Shown here piece after piece: positions 8,777-17,718 of a stretch of DNA of 64,000 nt. The translations under genes were made by a program, and so were the position numbers. The stretch comes from a virus, in IMG/VR virus record IMGVR_UViG_3300046694_000315, positions 42,047 through 106,046 of that record, one strand, 5' to 3'. The notes beneath the pieces are model-generated. The model was not told the DNA's origin, did no database searches, and worked only from the letters and a program-made list of their open reading frames with translations. Positions within the stretch are counted from its first letter, which is position 1, and every line of letters starts with the position of its first letter.

Positions 8777-9100
8777 TCAGTTGCCGACCAGCCTTGCGCG
8801 TGCCTCCAGCGCTCGCTGGAGCAGTGCCTGCTCGCCTTCGTCGACCATCTGCTGTTCCGCGATGAGTTGCTCAAGGGGCGGAAGCGCCAGCCGGATGCCG
8901 TCCGGCAGGCCGTCGGTCAGCTCCTTGAGCGGGGCGCCTTCGAGCGGGATCCGAACGTTGAGCCCCACGTCGGCGACGGTGATATCGAAGGACAGCACGT
9001 CGGTCAAGTAGACCGAGACGGTGCCCCCTGTGGACAGCAATTCGGTCAGCTCGTCCGTGGTGAGTTCGACCTGATCGAACTCTTCGTCGTCCGGCATCAC
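8777..9100 (-). CDS. acidic hypothetical protein
   Basis: 107 aa, 4-nt overlap with upstream gene. Confidence 0.65.
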   Translation of the reverse strand: MMPDDEEFDQVELTTDELTELLSTGGTVSVYLTDVLSFDITVADVGLNVRIPLEGAPLKELTDGLPDGIRLALPPLEQLIAEQQMVDEGEQALLQRALEARARLVGN

Positions 9101-9435
9101 TCGCTCATCAGTTGTTCGGTCTCGTCGACCGTCTCGCTGACGGCGTCGAAGGCGGCCGTCCAGGCGGCGTTGACGGCCTCGTAGGGCAGCGGGTGGTCCG
9201 CGAGGTCGACGCCGGGGGGAACGGGGCCGTCAAGGGCGAACGTGCCGTCCAGCGGGTCCCACTTCAGCCCGGCCGCCGCCAGCTCCGCGTTGAACCGTGC
9301 GGAGTGCTGTCGGGCCAGCTCAGCGACCAGGGCGGCCGGAGGGCTGTCGTACCCCGCCTGGGTCTCCAGGAAGCCCGTCCACTCCTGCTGGAGGGTGGGG
9401 AGGTCGAAGCCGGGGAGTTGGTGGTTGATGCTCAT
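9097..9435 (-). CDS. hypothetical protein
   Basis: 112 aa in a tight operon. Confidence 0.65.
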   Translation of the reverse strand: MSINHQLPGFDLPTLQQEWTGFLETQAGYDSPPAALVAELARQHSARFNAELAAAGLKWDPLDGTFALDGPVPPGVDLADHPLPYEAVNAAWTAAFDAVSETVDETEQLMSE

Positions 9436-9437
9436 GG

Positions 9438-9680
9438 TCAGTAGTCCTCATCCCATCGCTCCCCCGCGTACGTGGGGTCGAAGCCTGCCGGGGGCACGTC
9501 GGAGAAGGGGGCGTACTTGCGTACGATCTCCTCCTGCTTCTTCAGCCGCGCCGTCCAGTGGGTGGCGCAGCGCGGGAAGGACTGGCCGGTGCCGGACAGC
9601 GGGTCGCGGTACTCCACGGGGCCGCTGCACTCGCCCGTGTGGTCCTCCAGGCACTTCGGCTCTTCGTGCTGCTCGCTCAC
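9438..9680 (-). CDS. small Cys/His-containing hypothetical protein
   Basis: GTG 9680; CLEDH...C...RCATH...PAGFDPTYAGERW. Confidence 0.7.
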   Translation of the reverse strand: MSEQHEEPKCLEDHTGECSGPVEYRDPLSGTGQSFPRCATHWTARLKKQEEIVRKYAPFSDVPPAGFDPTYAGERWDEDY

Positions 9681-9919
9681 TTCGGCTCCGTCTCGCGCAG
9701 GTGCTGCTCTCCGGCCGCGACGTCGCCCCACTGGGCACCGTTCTCGGCGTGGGCCAGGATCTCCTCGGCGGGGGCGTAGCCGGTCTGCTCGTCCACGCTC
9801 TTGAAGACGCCCGCGTTGTCCAACGTCTCCAGTGCGGTGATGGCGCGCTCGCTGTTGTCGCCGTCCCAGCCCTTGCGCAGCCAGGCCAGCGCCTCGATGA
9901 CGTCGTTGCTGTATGTCAT
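9677..9919 (-). CDS. hypothetical protein
   Basis: 80 aa, GAGGAG SD. Confidence 0.65.
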   Translation of the reverse strand: MTYSNDVIEALAWLRKGWDGDNSERAITALETLDNAGVFKSVDEQTGYAPAEEILAHAENGAQWGDVAAGEQHLRETEPK

Positions 9920-9921
9920 GG

Positions 9922-10326
9922 TCAGTTCTCCTCGTCGATGATCTCGATGACGTCCGTGCGGGACAGCATCTTCGTCGCCGCGTTGTGTCGGGCGTTCGCC
10001 TGTACCTGCACGATGCCGCCGTTCTCGACGCGGGACGTACGCAGCCAGGAGAAGGTGTCTCCGCGTACCTTGCGAACGGCCGCGAGGAACGCGTCGAAGC
10101 CGACCTGCTCCAGGGTGCCTCCGGCGGCGTCGCGGATCTCCAGGAACGCCACTGCGGTCGCTTCGGCGTTGGTGACGGCGTCCAGCACGTGCGGGGAGGT
10201 CATGCGGCTGCCGATGTTGAGCGGCGCGCGCAGCAGCTCAGCGAAGTCGTTGCGGGCCTTCTCGGCCTCCTTGACGGCGTCGCTGATGGTCCGCTCGATG
10301 TACCCGGCGGTGGCCTTGGCGTCCAT
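9922..10326 (-). CDS. hypothetical protein
   Basis: 134 aa, AGGAG SD. Confidence 0.7.
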   Translation of the reverse strand: MDAKATAGYIERTISDAVKEAEKARNDFAELLRAPLNIGSRMTSPHVLDAVTNAEATAVAFLEIRDAAGGTLEQVGFDAFLAAVRKVRGDTFSWLRTSRVENGGIVQVQANARHNAATKMLSRTDVIEIIDEEN

Positions 10327-10329
10327 GGG

Positions 10330-10473
10330 TTACTCCTGGTCTCGTATCGCTGCGTGCTTGGCAGTCTTGCGGGTGCGCTGCTTGCGGGGGCGGGAATCGT
10401 GTCCTCCGGCCGCTCCGCTGCGCCGACGTTCCTGCACGGCGCGGATGTGCTCGGGGTCCTGCTGGGCGTGCAT
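10330..10473 (-). CDS. small Arg-rich protein
   Basis: ATG 10473 after AGGAGG; ERRRSGAAGGHDSRPRKQR. Confidence 0.6.
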   Translation of the reverse strand: MHAQQDPEHIRAVQERRRSGAAGGHDSRPRKQRTRKTAKHAAIRDQE

Positions 10474-10542
10474 GGGTGCCTCCTGGGGCTGGTACGGGAG
10501 ATACCAGGTTATTGGTCCTCCCGTACCGCTTCCCAACTACGG

Positions 10543-11409
10543 CTACCTGCGGTCGGCGCGCTTCTTGGCCTCGGCGAGGACGGTCTCGGTGTCCTTGCCC
10601 TCCTTGTGGGCGACGGCCTTGGCGACGTCGTCCAGGGACTCCTTGCGGTAGGAGGGGTGCGCGCCGCCCTTGTTCCAGAAGTAGTAGTCCGTGAGCCAGC
10701 CACGGGCCGCGTGCAGGGTCTCCAGGGTGTCGTACGCGTCGTGGGCCGGGTGGACCTTGACGACCACGCCGTTGCGGACGACCTGGCGCTCGGGGTAGTG
10801 GCCCTTGAAGACCTTCAGCGGGGTGCCGTCGGGGTTGGCGATGGCCTTGGCGGCCTTCTTCGCCTCGCGCTCGGCCTTCTTGGCTTCGCGCTCCAGGCGG
10901 GCAGCCTTCTTGTCGACGGACTCCAGCCGGGTCTTGCGCTTGAGGGTGTCGGTGGGGGCCCAGGGGAAGCAGCGGGTGCATGCCTTCTCCCCGGCCAGCT
11001 CGACGAGGTCCTCGGCCGTCATGCCGGACTGCTCGACCAGCCACGCGTACTGGGTGGTGGGGAAGCAGGTGTCGCAGTACTGGTCCTTGTGGACGTGGCC
11101 GTTGGTGTTGTCGACGAGGTAGTACCGGGTCCAGCGGCGCGAGTGGTACCTGGCCTCGCGGGGGTAGATCTCGCCCTGGAGGATCTCCTGGATGCGCTCC
11201 TGGAGGGTCTCGATCTCGGCGACCAGCTCGGCGCGGCGCTCCGGCGAGCGGCTCGGCAGGAGGGAGTCGTAGGAGCCGGGCTCGGTGTCGTCGATGATGT
11301 TGATGAACTGCTGGGCGCGGTGCTGCTGGGCGGTCAGGTCGGCGGTCTTGACGTAGGCCGCGTACAGCGCGGTGTCGATCTCGGCCGGGGTGGCGTTGGT
11401 GAGGTCCAT
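10543..11409 (-). CDS. hypothetical protein with Zn-binding motifs
   Basis: ATG 11409 after leader; GHVH...CDTC...CTRCFP. Confidence 0.8.
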   Translation of the reverse strand: MDLTNATPAEIDTALYAAYVKTADLTAQQHRAQQFINIIDDTEPGSYDSLLPSRSPERRAELVAEIETLQERIQEILQGEIYPREARYHSRRWTRYYLVDNTNGHVHKDQYCDTCFPTTQYAWLVEQSGMTAEDLVELAGEKACTRCFPWAPTDTLKRKTRLESVDKKAARLEREAKKAEREAKKAAKAIANPDGTPLKVFKGHYPERQVVRNGVVVKVHPAHDAYDTLETLHAARGWLTDYYFWNKGGAHPSYRKESLDDVAKAVAHKEGKDTETVLAEAKKRADRR

Positions 11410-11449
11410 CGTGTTGCCTCCTGGTGTGGAGCGGTTGGTGACAGGTACG

Positions 11450-11478
11450 ACCTTACGGGGGCGCCTACTGCTTGTCAA
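11450..11478 (-). promoter_or_regulatory. sigma70/HrdB-type promoter
   Basis: TTGACA-17bp-TAAGGT. Confidence 0.75.
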
Positions 11479-11800
11479 GCGAAATGGGGTTACCGCTTGC
11501 GTCGATGTACTGCTCGATGTCGTAGCCCATGTTCAGGCTGTTCAGCCGCTTCGCGCCGATCGACTTCACGCGCAGTTCCAGGCGCTTGGTCCAGTCGGCG
11601 ACGTCGGCCGGGGAGACCGGACCGATCTCGCACTGGCGCAGCCAGAGGATGGGGTCGAAGCGGTCGCTGGTGCCGGTGAGGGCGTCGGCGATGTTGTAGG
11701 CGATGTTGCGGCGGGCGTTGAAGTCCTGGTCGTCGGAGTCGGCGATGGCTGCGGACAGGGTCTCGTAGTCGCTGCGGCTCATGTTGCGGGGCGCGGGCAT
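11465..11800 (-). CDS. hypothetical protein
   Basis: 111 aa, AGGAGGAG SD. Confidence 0.7.
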   Translation of the reverse strand: MPAPRNMSRSDYETLSAAIADSDDQDFNARRNIAYNIADALTGTSDRFDPILWLRQCEIGPVSPADVADWTKRLELRVKSIGAKRLNSLNMGYDIEQYIDASGNPISLDKQ

Positions 11801-11903
11801 GGCGGGCTCCTCCTGGTGCGGGGATTGATGTTCGCGGGAACAGTACGGGCCGCCCGGCTCAGGTGTCGAGTCGGACGGCCCGTACGCAGGGGGTGCGTAT
11901 GGA

Positions 11904-12137
11904 TCACGTGGTGGGGCGGGTCAGGTGGTAGAACTTGCTGCCGTGGACGCGGATGGTGTACCGGGTCGCGTCGGAGGACTCCACGAGCCGCGCCCTGTCG
12001 TAGATGGCGAGGTCCTTCCATGCCTGCTCGGCATCGGCCGGGACCATCTGGGCCGAGCTGGGGTCGTAGCCCAGGATCTCGGTGAACTCTGCCTTGATCT
12101 GGAGCATCTTCTTCGAGCCCCGGGGGATGGTGCGCAT
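11904..12137 (-). CDS. small hypothetical protein
   Basis: ATG 12137 after AGGAG. Confidence 0.6.
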   Translation of the reverse strand: MRTIPRGSKKMLQIKAEFTEILGYDPSSAQMVPADAEQAWKDLAIYDRARLVESSDATRYTIRVHGSKFYHLTRPTT

Positions 12138-12154
12138 GGGTGTCTCCTGTCTGT

Positions 12155-13009
12155 TCAGGCGGCGATGCGGGTGCGGCTGCCACCGATGGCGTGCTGGCTG
12201 CTGAGGCGGGCGGACTGCGCGGCGCTGTCTCCGGCGCGGCGGGCGGAGGTGCTGTAGGTGGTGCTGTTGGCGCCCTTCCAGGAGCCACGGGCCCTGGAGG
12301 TCTTCGAGTAGTAGTCGTGGACCTCCTTCTGCTTGTCCGCGAGGACGAGGGCGGCGGAGACCTCGATCTCGTACTCGACGCCGTTGTCCTTGCCGATGCT
12401 GGGGACGGTGTAGGTGTTCTTCTTGGCCTCCTCCAGGGCCTCCTGGCGGGCCGACCACAGGCGGGAGGAGATGCGGCGGGTGAAGGCGTCGTAGAAGTTG
12501 GCGCGGGCGGTGCGGCCGTCCATGGGCTTGGTGACGGTCTGGTAGTCCCACTCGCCCCAGTACGCGTCCCAGACCTTCTTCTTGCCGGTCACCTGCTCCT
12601 TCTTGTACTCGCCGGTCTTCAGCCAGGCGTTGGCGGACTCGGTCATCTGCACGAGCAGGGAGGCGTAGAGGGCCTCGACGACCTCGATGTCGCTGGGCAT
12701 CCCGAAGGCGATGACGTAGGTGGAGTTCATCGCGATGTTCAACTGGACGTCGTTGTTGTCGGCGACGGCCATGAACAGTTCGACCAGGCGGGCGTTGTTG
12801 TTCTTGCGGGGCTGGCCGATGGTGATGCGCTTGTGGGTGGGCTGCTCGCGCTGCTCCCGCTTGGCGGTGTGCTGGCGGGCTACGGCCAGGTCGATGCTGG
12901 TGAGGGTGGCCATGGCCTGCGCCTTGCGCATGTAGGCCTCGGCCTCTTCGGGGGTGGAGGCGTTCTCGGCCTTGTTGAGGATCTTGGCCAGCTTGTCGAG
13001 GGTGCTCAT
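12155..13009 (-). CDS. DUF2786-domain protein (Rv0184-like)
   Basis: N-terminal LDKLAKILNKAE...TPEEAEAYMRKAQAM. Confidence 0.75.
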   Translation of the reverse strand: MSTLDKLAKILNKAENASTPEEAEAYMRKAQAMATLTSIDLAVARQHTAKREQREQPTHKRITIGQPRKNNNARLVELFMAVADNNDVQLNIAMNSTYVIAFGMPSDIEVVEALYASLLVQMTESANAWLKTGEYKKEQVTGKKKVWDAYWGEWDYQTVTKPMDGRTARANFYDAFTRRISSRLWSARQEALEEAKKNTYTVPSIGKDNGVEYEIEVSAALVLADKQKEVHDYYSKTSRARGSWKGANSTTYSTSARRAGDSAAQSARLSSQHAIGGSRTRIAA

Positions 13010-13049
13010 GTGGTGCTCCTCCTGGTGTGAGGCGGTTGGTGTGTGGTGA

Positions 13050-13078
13050 ACGCTACGGGCTCGGGGAACCCTTGTCAA
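13050..13078 (-). promoter_or_regulatory. sigma70/HrdB-type promoter
   Basis: TTGACA-17bp-TAGCGT. Confidence 0.75.
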
Positions 13079-13097
13079 GCGATTCCCCGAAGTCGTT

Positions 13098-13613
13098 TTA
13101 CACGCTGGCGAGGCTGCCGAAGCGGACGCCGTGCTGGGCGTACGAGTCGGTGAGCAGGAGGCCGACCTCGGGGCCCATGACCTCGCGCACCATGTGCAGG
13201 AAGGTGCTGGCGAACGCGGGGCCGTGGGCCTCGCCGTGGTTGGCCAGGTGGTGGCTCAGTTCGTGCAGGATGACGATCTCCCGCAGGGCCCAGCCGCTGC
13301 TGTTCGTGCGGTCGGGGATGGCCAGGGTGCGGGTCAGGGGCTCGTAGTGGGCGAAGCGCCGTCCCGCCCGGCGTCGCACGTGGACCGGCAGGACGGTGCG
13401 CTCGGGCCACATGTCCTTGACCCAGTTGAGGCCGAGGACGGCGTCGATGTAGCGCTGGATGGACTCCAGGTCGCCGAACTTGCGCTCCAGGGGCACCAGC
13501 AGGCTGGAGCCGTAGAAGTCGAAGGTGGGCACGTCGGCCTTGGCGAGGGATTCGAGGATGTCGCGGACGAAGTACTCGGCGTCGTAGACGCGCTGGCGCT
13601 GGTTGTCTCGCAT
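13098..13613 (-). CDS. HEXXH metallohydrolase (TIGR04338/Rv0185-like)
   Basis: MRDNQRQRVYDAE...WALREIVILHELSHH...HGPAF. Confidence 0.8.
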   Translation of the reverse strand: MRDNQRQRVYDAEYFVRDILESLAKADVPTFDFYGSSLLVPLERKFGDLESIQRYIDAVLGLNWVKDMWPERTVLPVHVRRRAGRRFAHYEPLTRTLAIPDRTNSSGWALREIVILHELSHHLANHGEAHGPAFASTFLHMVREVMGPEVGLLLTDSYAQHGVRFGSLASV

Positions 13614-13615
13614 GG

Positions 13616-13969
13616 TCAGACCTCCTTGCCGGTGAGGGCGGCGAGGACCCGGCGCTTGGCCTCGGCGAGGCCGTGCTGGAATCCCTCGGCGCGGATCACG
13701 GCACCGATGCGCGCGGCTTCGCGGCGGGCGCTGCGCTCGGGCATGCCTCCGTCCTCCAGCCGGACGGCGAGGTCGTTGATCTCCAACTGGGCGGTGCGGC
13801 CGTTGAGGCCGACGACGGGGCGGCCCTTGTCGCGGCCCGCGTTGTAGACGTCGTCGAGGGCGCGGCGCAGGTCGTCCATGTTGAGGTCGTCGCCCTGGCC
13901 CACGAGGTTGAAGACCTCGGTGTACTTGGCTTCGAGGGCGAGGTAGTCGCGGACGCTGCTGTCGGCCAT
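13616..13969 (-). CDS. hypothetical protein
   Basis: 117 aa after leader; promoter TTGACG-16bp-TATTGT at 14042-14015. Confidence 0.7.
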   Translation of the reverse strand: MADSSVRDYLALEAKYTEVFNLVGQGDDLNMDDLRRALDDVYNAGRDKGRPVVGLNGRTAQLEINDLAVRLEDGGMPERSARREAARIGAVIRAEGFQHGLAEAKRRVLAALTGKEV

Positions 13970-14119
13970 GTCGTGCTCCTCCTGTTGGGGGCGGTTGGTG
14001 TTTCGACATGGGAAACAATACTCAGGAAGCGATACTCGTCAAGCCGTATCCGGGAAGCAGTAAGCCGTGAGCTGCGTCACACGCGGCCCACGGCTTAACC
14101 TGGTTGACTTGCTCTGGAA

Positions 14120-14518
14120 TTACTTGCTAGATGTTGGCGTTTCCGTGACCGTTTCCTTCGGGCACGGAATCTTGACCTGCACGGAATGCGTGTGCGCCAG
14201 CCCGTATACGGGGGCGTACGGCGTGGCCGAGGACGTAGGTGCGGGCACTGCGGGCGAAGGCCCGACCACGAGCGATACCTTGCACGTGCCCGGGGATTCC
14301 GGCTTCGTTGCTTCCGGTGTCGGCTCGGGCAGATACCTGGTCACCGTTGACACGGGCTGCGGCGAGGAATCCCCTTCGTATTCCGGAGAATCCGACTGGG
14401 AATTCTCGGTATGAAGCCCGGGGAAATCCGACTGGGCAACCGCTGAGATCCCGAATGCCGGTACGGCGAGAATTCCGATTGCCGCAAGGGCGACTTTGAT
14501 GCGCTGGATTCCGTTCAT
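14120..14518 (-). CDS. secreted or membrane Pro/Thr-rich protein
   Basis: N-terminal hydrophobic signal-like segment; contains an in-frame CTTCATACC motif. Confidence 0.6.
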   Translation of the reverse strand: MNGIQRIKVALAAIGILAVPAFGISAVAQSDFPGLHTENSQSDSPEYEGDSSPQPVSTVTRYLPEPTPEATKPESPGTCKVSLVVGPSPAVPAPTSSATPYAPVYGLAHTHSVQVKIPCPKETVTETPTSSK

Positions 14519-14664
14519 ACCAGCACCGTACCGAAGCCCTCGCAGTGGACACAGTCGGCGCCGTCGCGGTCTTCACCGGACCCGTAGCACCTCTTGCAGT
14601 CGATCTCCTCTGCCGCGCCCTCGCCGGTTTCGGCGGGAGACACTGCATGCACGTGTGCGCTCAT
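14515..14664 (-). CDS. small DnaJ-type zinc-finger protein (not in ORF track)
   Basis: 49 aa translated by hand: CKRCYGSG...CVHCEGFG. Confidence 0.65.
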   Translation of the reverse strand: MSAHVHAVSPAETGEGAAEEIDCKRCYGSGEDRDGADCVHCEGFGTVLV

Positions 14665-14676
14665 GAGAAGTACTAA

Positions 14677-16215
14677 CTAACCTTCCTGGTTGATGTAAGT
14701 TGGTACGTCGACGATTTCGGCGTCGATGAAACCGGTAGAGGCTTCGATCATCCGGTCCGCCGAGAGAGGCCTGTCGAGCGCTGTCATCTGTTCCCCGGCG
14801 TCCCGGCCGAAGATACGGCTGATCATACCGGCCCCGCCGCCATTCCCCTTAGCCTCCAGTTTCACGGAGAAGGAGTCCTGCTCCAGTTCCGTCTTCACCT
14901 TCACGAGTTTCTGGAGCCGGTCGATCTCGCCGGAGAGGTTCGGATCCGCGTAGCCACCGGTCATATCCTCGACCATCTTCATGAAGAGGACCCGCTGCGC
15001 CTGCATCTCGATGAGCGAGTTCTGGAGCGACTGCATCTGCTGCTTGCTCTTCACTTCGACCGGGATGTCGTACGCGCAGTTGGCATTCTGGTCGAAGGCC
15101 GGGCACTTCGAGGACAGGAAGCAGGACGAGCAGGCGCGCATGGACTGGCTGCGCACGGTCAGGAGGGGGATGTCCCGCTCCTTGTTCACGCCGTCCTCGG
15201 GGTCGGTGTAGACCTCCTTCTCCTGCACCAGGCCGATGACCGGCAAGTTGGTACGCGGGCGGTCTCTGCGGACGGCCGGAGTTGTCACCGGGTTGAGCGT
15301 TTTTCCGTCCTCCGTACCAACTTCGGTGCCCTGCATTTGAGAGAAACTCGAAAGTACCCCTCCGGCAGAAGTAGTAACTGCTTGGGCTTCCTGCGGCCGG
15401 TGCTGGTCGATCGAGGCCGCCAACTGCTGCCACGACCAGATGGTGAACCGCAGGACCTCGTCGTTCTCTCCGGCCTCGATACGGTCGGCGTCGAAGCCCG
15501 CTTCGGTGAACAGAGTGCGGTGCCTTTTCCGCGCCTGGTCCTTGTACTTCTTCGGGTAGCGCTTCAATTCCCGGCCGGTCCACACAATGGTGTCACCGTA
15601 CTGGGAAGGGGAAAGCCAGGACGTCGAGGCGACGCTGTCCCAGTTCACGGCAGCCATTTCCGCAGGCTTAGTCATGGCCACTCCGTGGAGTAGCGTGCCG
15701 TATTTCCGGGTGATCTCGTTGAGAACCGGGGTGAGATTCCGGCCGTCGAGATCCGTCTGCGTCACACCGACCCGCTTATACCTCTGGGCGAGTTTATCGA
15801 GTTCGTCGACTCCCCATTCCGAATGCCATATCGGAAGGAACTTGTCTTCCGGCAGGTCCTCGTAGAAGTCCTCTCGCCGGGCCTCGATCCATTCCCGTCC
15901 GAGAACGACAGCGTCGAACTCGGACACCATATGAAGGGAATCGATATTCTGCTGGACGAACGCTTCGTAATGCGCGGCGATGTCCTTCAGTTCGCCGATC
16001 GAGTACTTGTCGTCGTCGGCCTTGTTGACCGTGTAGGCGCCGGAGTCCAGGAACACCTTCTGGTTTTCGAGGTAGTTGTCCTCGATCAGCCAGGGGCGGG
16101 TGAACTTGGTCCGGCGCCGCAGGCCCATGTACGAGAGGGAGACGGTTTCGACGCCTTCCTCGGCCAGCATCTTGCGCCAGCCGGGAATCTCGGATCCGCC
16201 GAGGAAGAGGTGCAC
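14677..16215 (-). CDS. tRNA-guanine transglycosylase (TGT/DpdA)-like protein with C-terminal Cys4 domain
   Basis: VFLDSGAYT, LHGVAMT, DSVASTSW; later CSSCFLSSKC...C and coiled-coil. Confidence 0.6.
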   Translation of the reverse strand: MHLFLGGSEIPGWRKMLAEEGVETVSLSYMGLRRRTKFTRPWLIEDNYLENQKVFLDSGAYTVNKADDDKYSIGELKDIAAHYEAFVQQNIDSLHMVSEFDAVVLGREWIEARREDFYEDLPEDKFLPIWHSEWGVDELDKLAQRYKRVGVTQTDLDGRNLTPVLNEITRKYGTLLHGVAMTKPAEMAAVNWDSVASTSWLSPSQYGDTIVWTGRELKRYPKKYKDQARKRHRTLFTEAGFDADRIEAGENDEVLRFTIWSWQQLAASIDQHRPQEAQAVTTSAGGVLSSFSQMQGTEVGTEDGKTLNPVTTPAVRRDRPRTNLPVIGLVQEKEVYTDPEDGVNKERDIPLLTVRSQSMRACSSCFLSSKCPAFDQNANCAYDIPVEVKSKQQMQSLQNSLIEMQAQRVLFMKMVEDMTGGYADPNLSGEIDRLQKLVKVKTELEQDSFSVKLEAKGNGGGAGMISRIFGRDAGEQMTALDRPLSADRMIEASTGFIDAEIVDVPTYINQEG

Positions 16216-16241
16216 GGTTTGGTTCTCCGAATCTGCTTGGG

Positions 16242-16925
16242 TTACTTCGGGGGCTGGACGGCGCTCTTGGGGAAGAGGCCGGGCTGGGTGACGCGGGGCT
16301 TCTTGGCGGCCGGAGCGCCTGCGGCGGGCTTCTGCCGGGGGCCCGGCGACGCGGCCATCCCGAACTGCTGCGGGGAGCGGACCTGGCTCGGGCCGAACAG
16401 TCCGGCCTGGACCACGCGCTGCGGCTTGGCGGCCGGTGGCGGCGTCTGCGGGGCCGACTGGACGGGGGTGCCAGAGGTGCTGGCGTGGGTGCCGAACGCG
16501 GAGTGGAAGTCGTCCCAGGCCCCGCCGGAGGGCTTGCTCTGCGCCTGGATGCCGTTCATCCGGGCGTTGAAGGTATGAAGGAGGTCGGAGGCCGCGCCGG
16601 AGTGCTGGGCATGCCAGGCGTCGAGGCTGGAGGAGTGGTCCTCGCGCACCCGCTGGATGTCGGCCTGGTTCTTGATGCCGTTGGCGATTCCCTCGCGGCT
16701 CATCACGCGAGCGTGCATGCTGCTGTCCTGGGCCGGGGCGCTCTGCTGGCCCTGTCCCTTGACGCGGATCTTGATGCGGGAGTTGGCGGGCTGCTGGCCG
16801 TTCTTGGCGTTCTCCAGGTCGCTGACGCGCTGCTCGACGCTGCGGCGCGAGCCGGGGAACTGGAGGGGCTGGAGGTAGCGGTCGCGGATCTGGGTCGCGA
16901 TGGAATGGAAGACGGAGCCACTCAT
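16242..16925 (-). CDS. low-complexity hypothetical protein
   Basis: ATG 16925 overlapping upstream stop; Gln/Pro/Ala-rich. Confidence 0.6.
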   Translation of the reverse strand: MSGSVFHSIATQIRDRYLQPLQFPGSRRSVEQRVSDLENAKNGQQPANSRIKIRVKGQGQQSAPAQDSSMHARVMSREGIANGIKNQADIQRVREDHSSSLDAWHAQHSGAASDLLHTFNARMNGIQAQSKPSGGAWDDFHSAFGTHASTSGTPVQSAPQTPPPAAKPQRVVQAGLFGPSQVRSPQQFGMAASPGPRQKPAAGAPAAKKPRVTQPGLFPKSAVQPPK

Positions 16926-17221
16926 GGCCGTATGTCCCTTCTCAGGAAGTAGAGGTAGCGGTGTCCGGCCACGAAGGAGGCCAGGAAGCCGACGCTGATC
17001 AGCGACCGCGCGGACGTGCTCGACGCCAGGAACACGGCGGTGAAGACGGTCACGTTGGTGCTGTAGACGAAGAGGGTGGCGGCGAGCCATCGCTCTGCGG
17101 CGCCGAGCTGGCGCCAGGCGGGGATCGTCGCGCGCAGAAGCAGGGCCGCGAACGCTGCTCCGGTGAGGACGGAGAGGATGCGGGCGATGCCGATGAACAG
17201 GACATAGCCGTTGCTGGTCAC
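16922..17221 (-). CDS. membrane protein (about 3 TM)
   Basis: GTG 17221; three hydrophobic stretches. Confidence 0.65.
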   Translation of the reverse strand: MTSNGYVLFIGIARILSVLTGAAFAALLLRATIPAWRQLGAAERWLAATLFVYSTNVTVFTAVFLASSTSARSLISVGFLASFVAGHRYLYFLRRDIRP

Positions 17222-17712
17222 AGGATCTCCATGTGTGGGCGCTGATCTTCTTCGCGTAGTGCTCGCTGCCTCTCCACTTCGTCCACCAGGGCCGACCAGG
17301 GGGTGACGCTCTCCTGGTAGTCGGGGCGGAAGCGTGGGGAGGAGTAGTTGGGGTGTAGGTAGTTGAGGACCCCGACCCCGTGGGCCATGACGTGGGCGGC
17401 GATCTCCGGGTCGGGCTCGATCAGCAGCTCGACGTGGCATCCGGCCTGCCGTAGCCGGGAGATCTGGCGCATCCTTCGTTCGGCCGGGTCCTCGGGATCC
17501 CGCAGGTGCGCGGGGATGAGGTAGGGGTGCTTGTTGAAGCCGTTGACGCGCAGCCAGTGCTTGACCGGCTCGACGTCGGTGTTGTCGGTGATGAGGGCGA
17601 CCCGGTAGGTCTCCATCAGGCCCCAGTACAGGCGCTGGCCCTGGTGGATGACGGCTTCGCCGACCTCCTTGGACAGCACGCCCTCAACGACGATGGCGAC
17701 GGTTGCAGTCAT
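17218..17712 (-). CDS. degenerate HAD-fold protein
   Basis: VAIVVEGVL in place of DxDGVL; ALITD; WLRVNGF. Confidence 0.55.
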   Translation of the reverse strand: MTATVAIVVEGVLSKEVGEAVIHQGQRLYWGLMETYRVALITDNTDVEPVKHWLRVNGFNKHPYLIPAHLRDPEDPAERRMRQISRLRQAGCHVELLIEPDPEIAAHVMAHGVGVLNYLHPNYSSPRFRPDYQESVTPWSALVDEVERQRALREEDQRPHMEIL

Positions 17713-17718
17713 CGTCGA

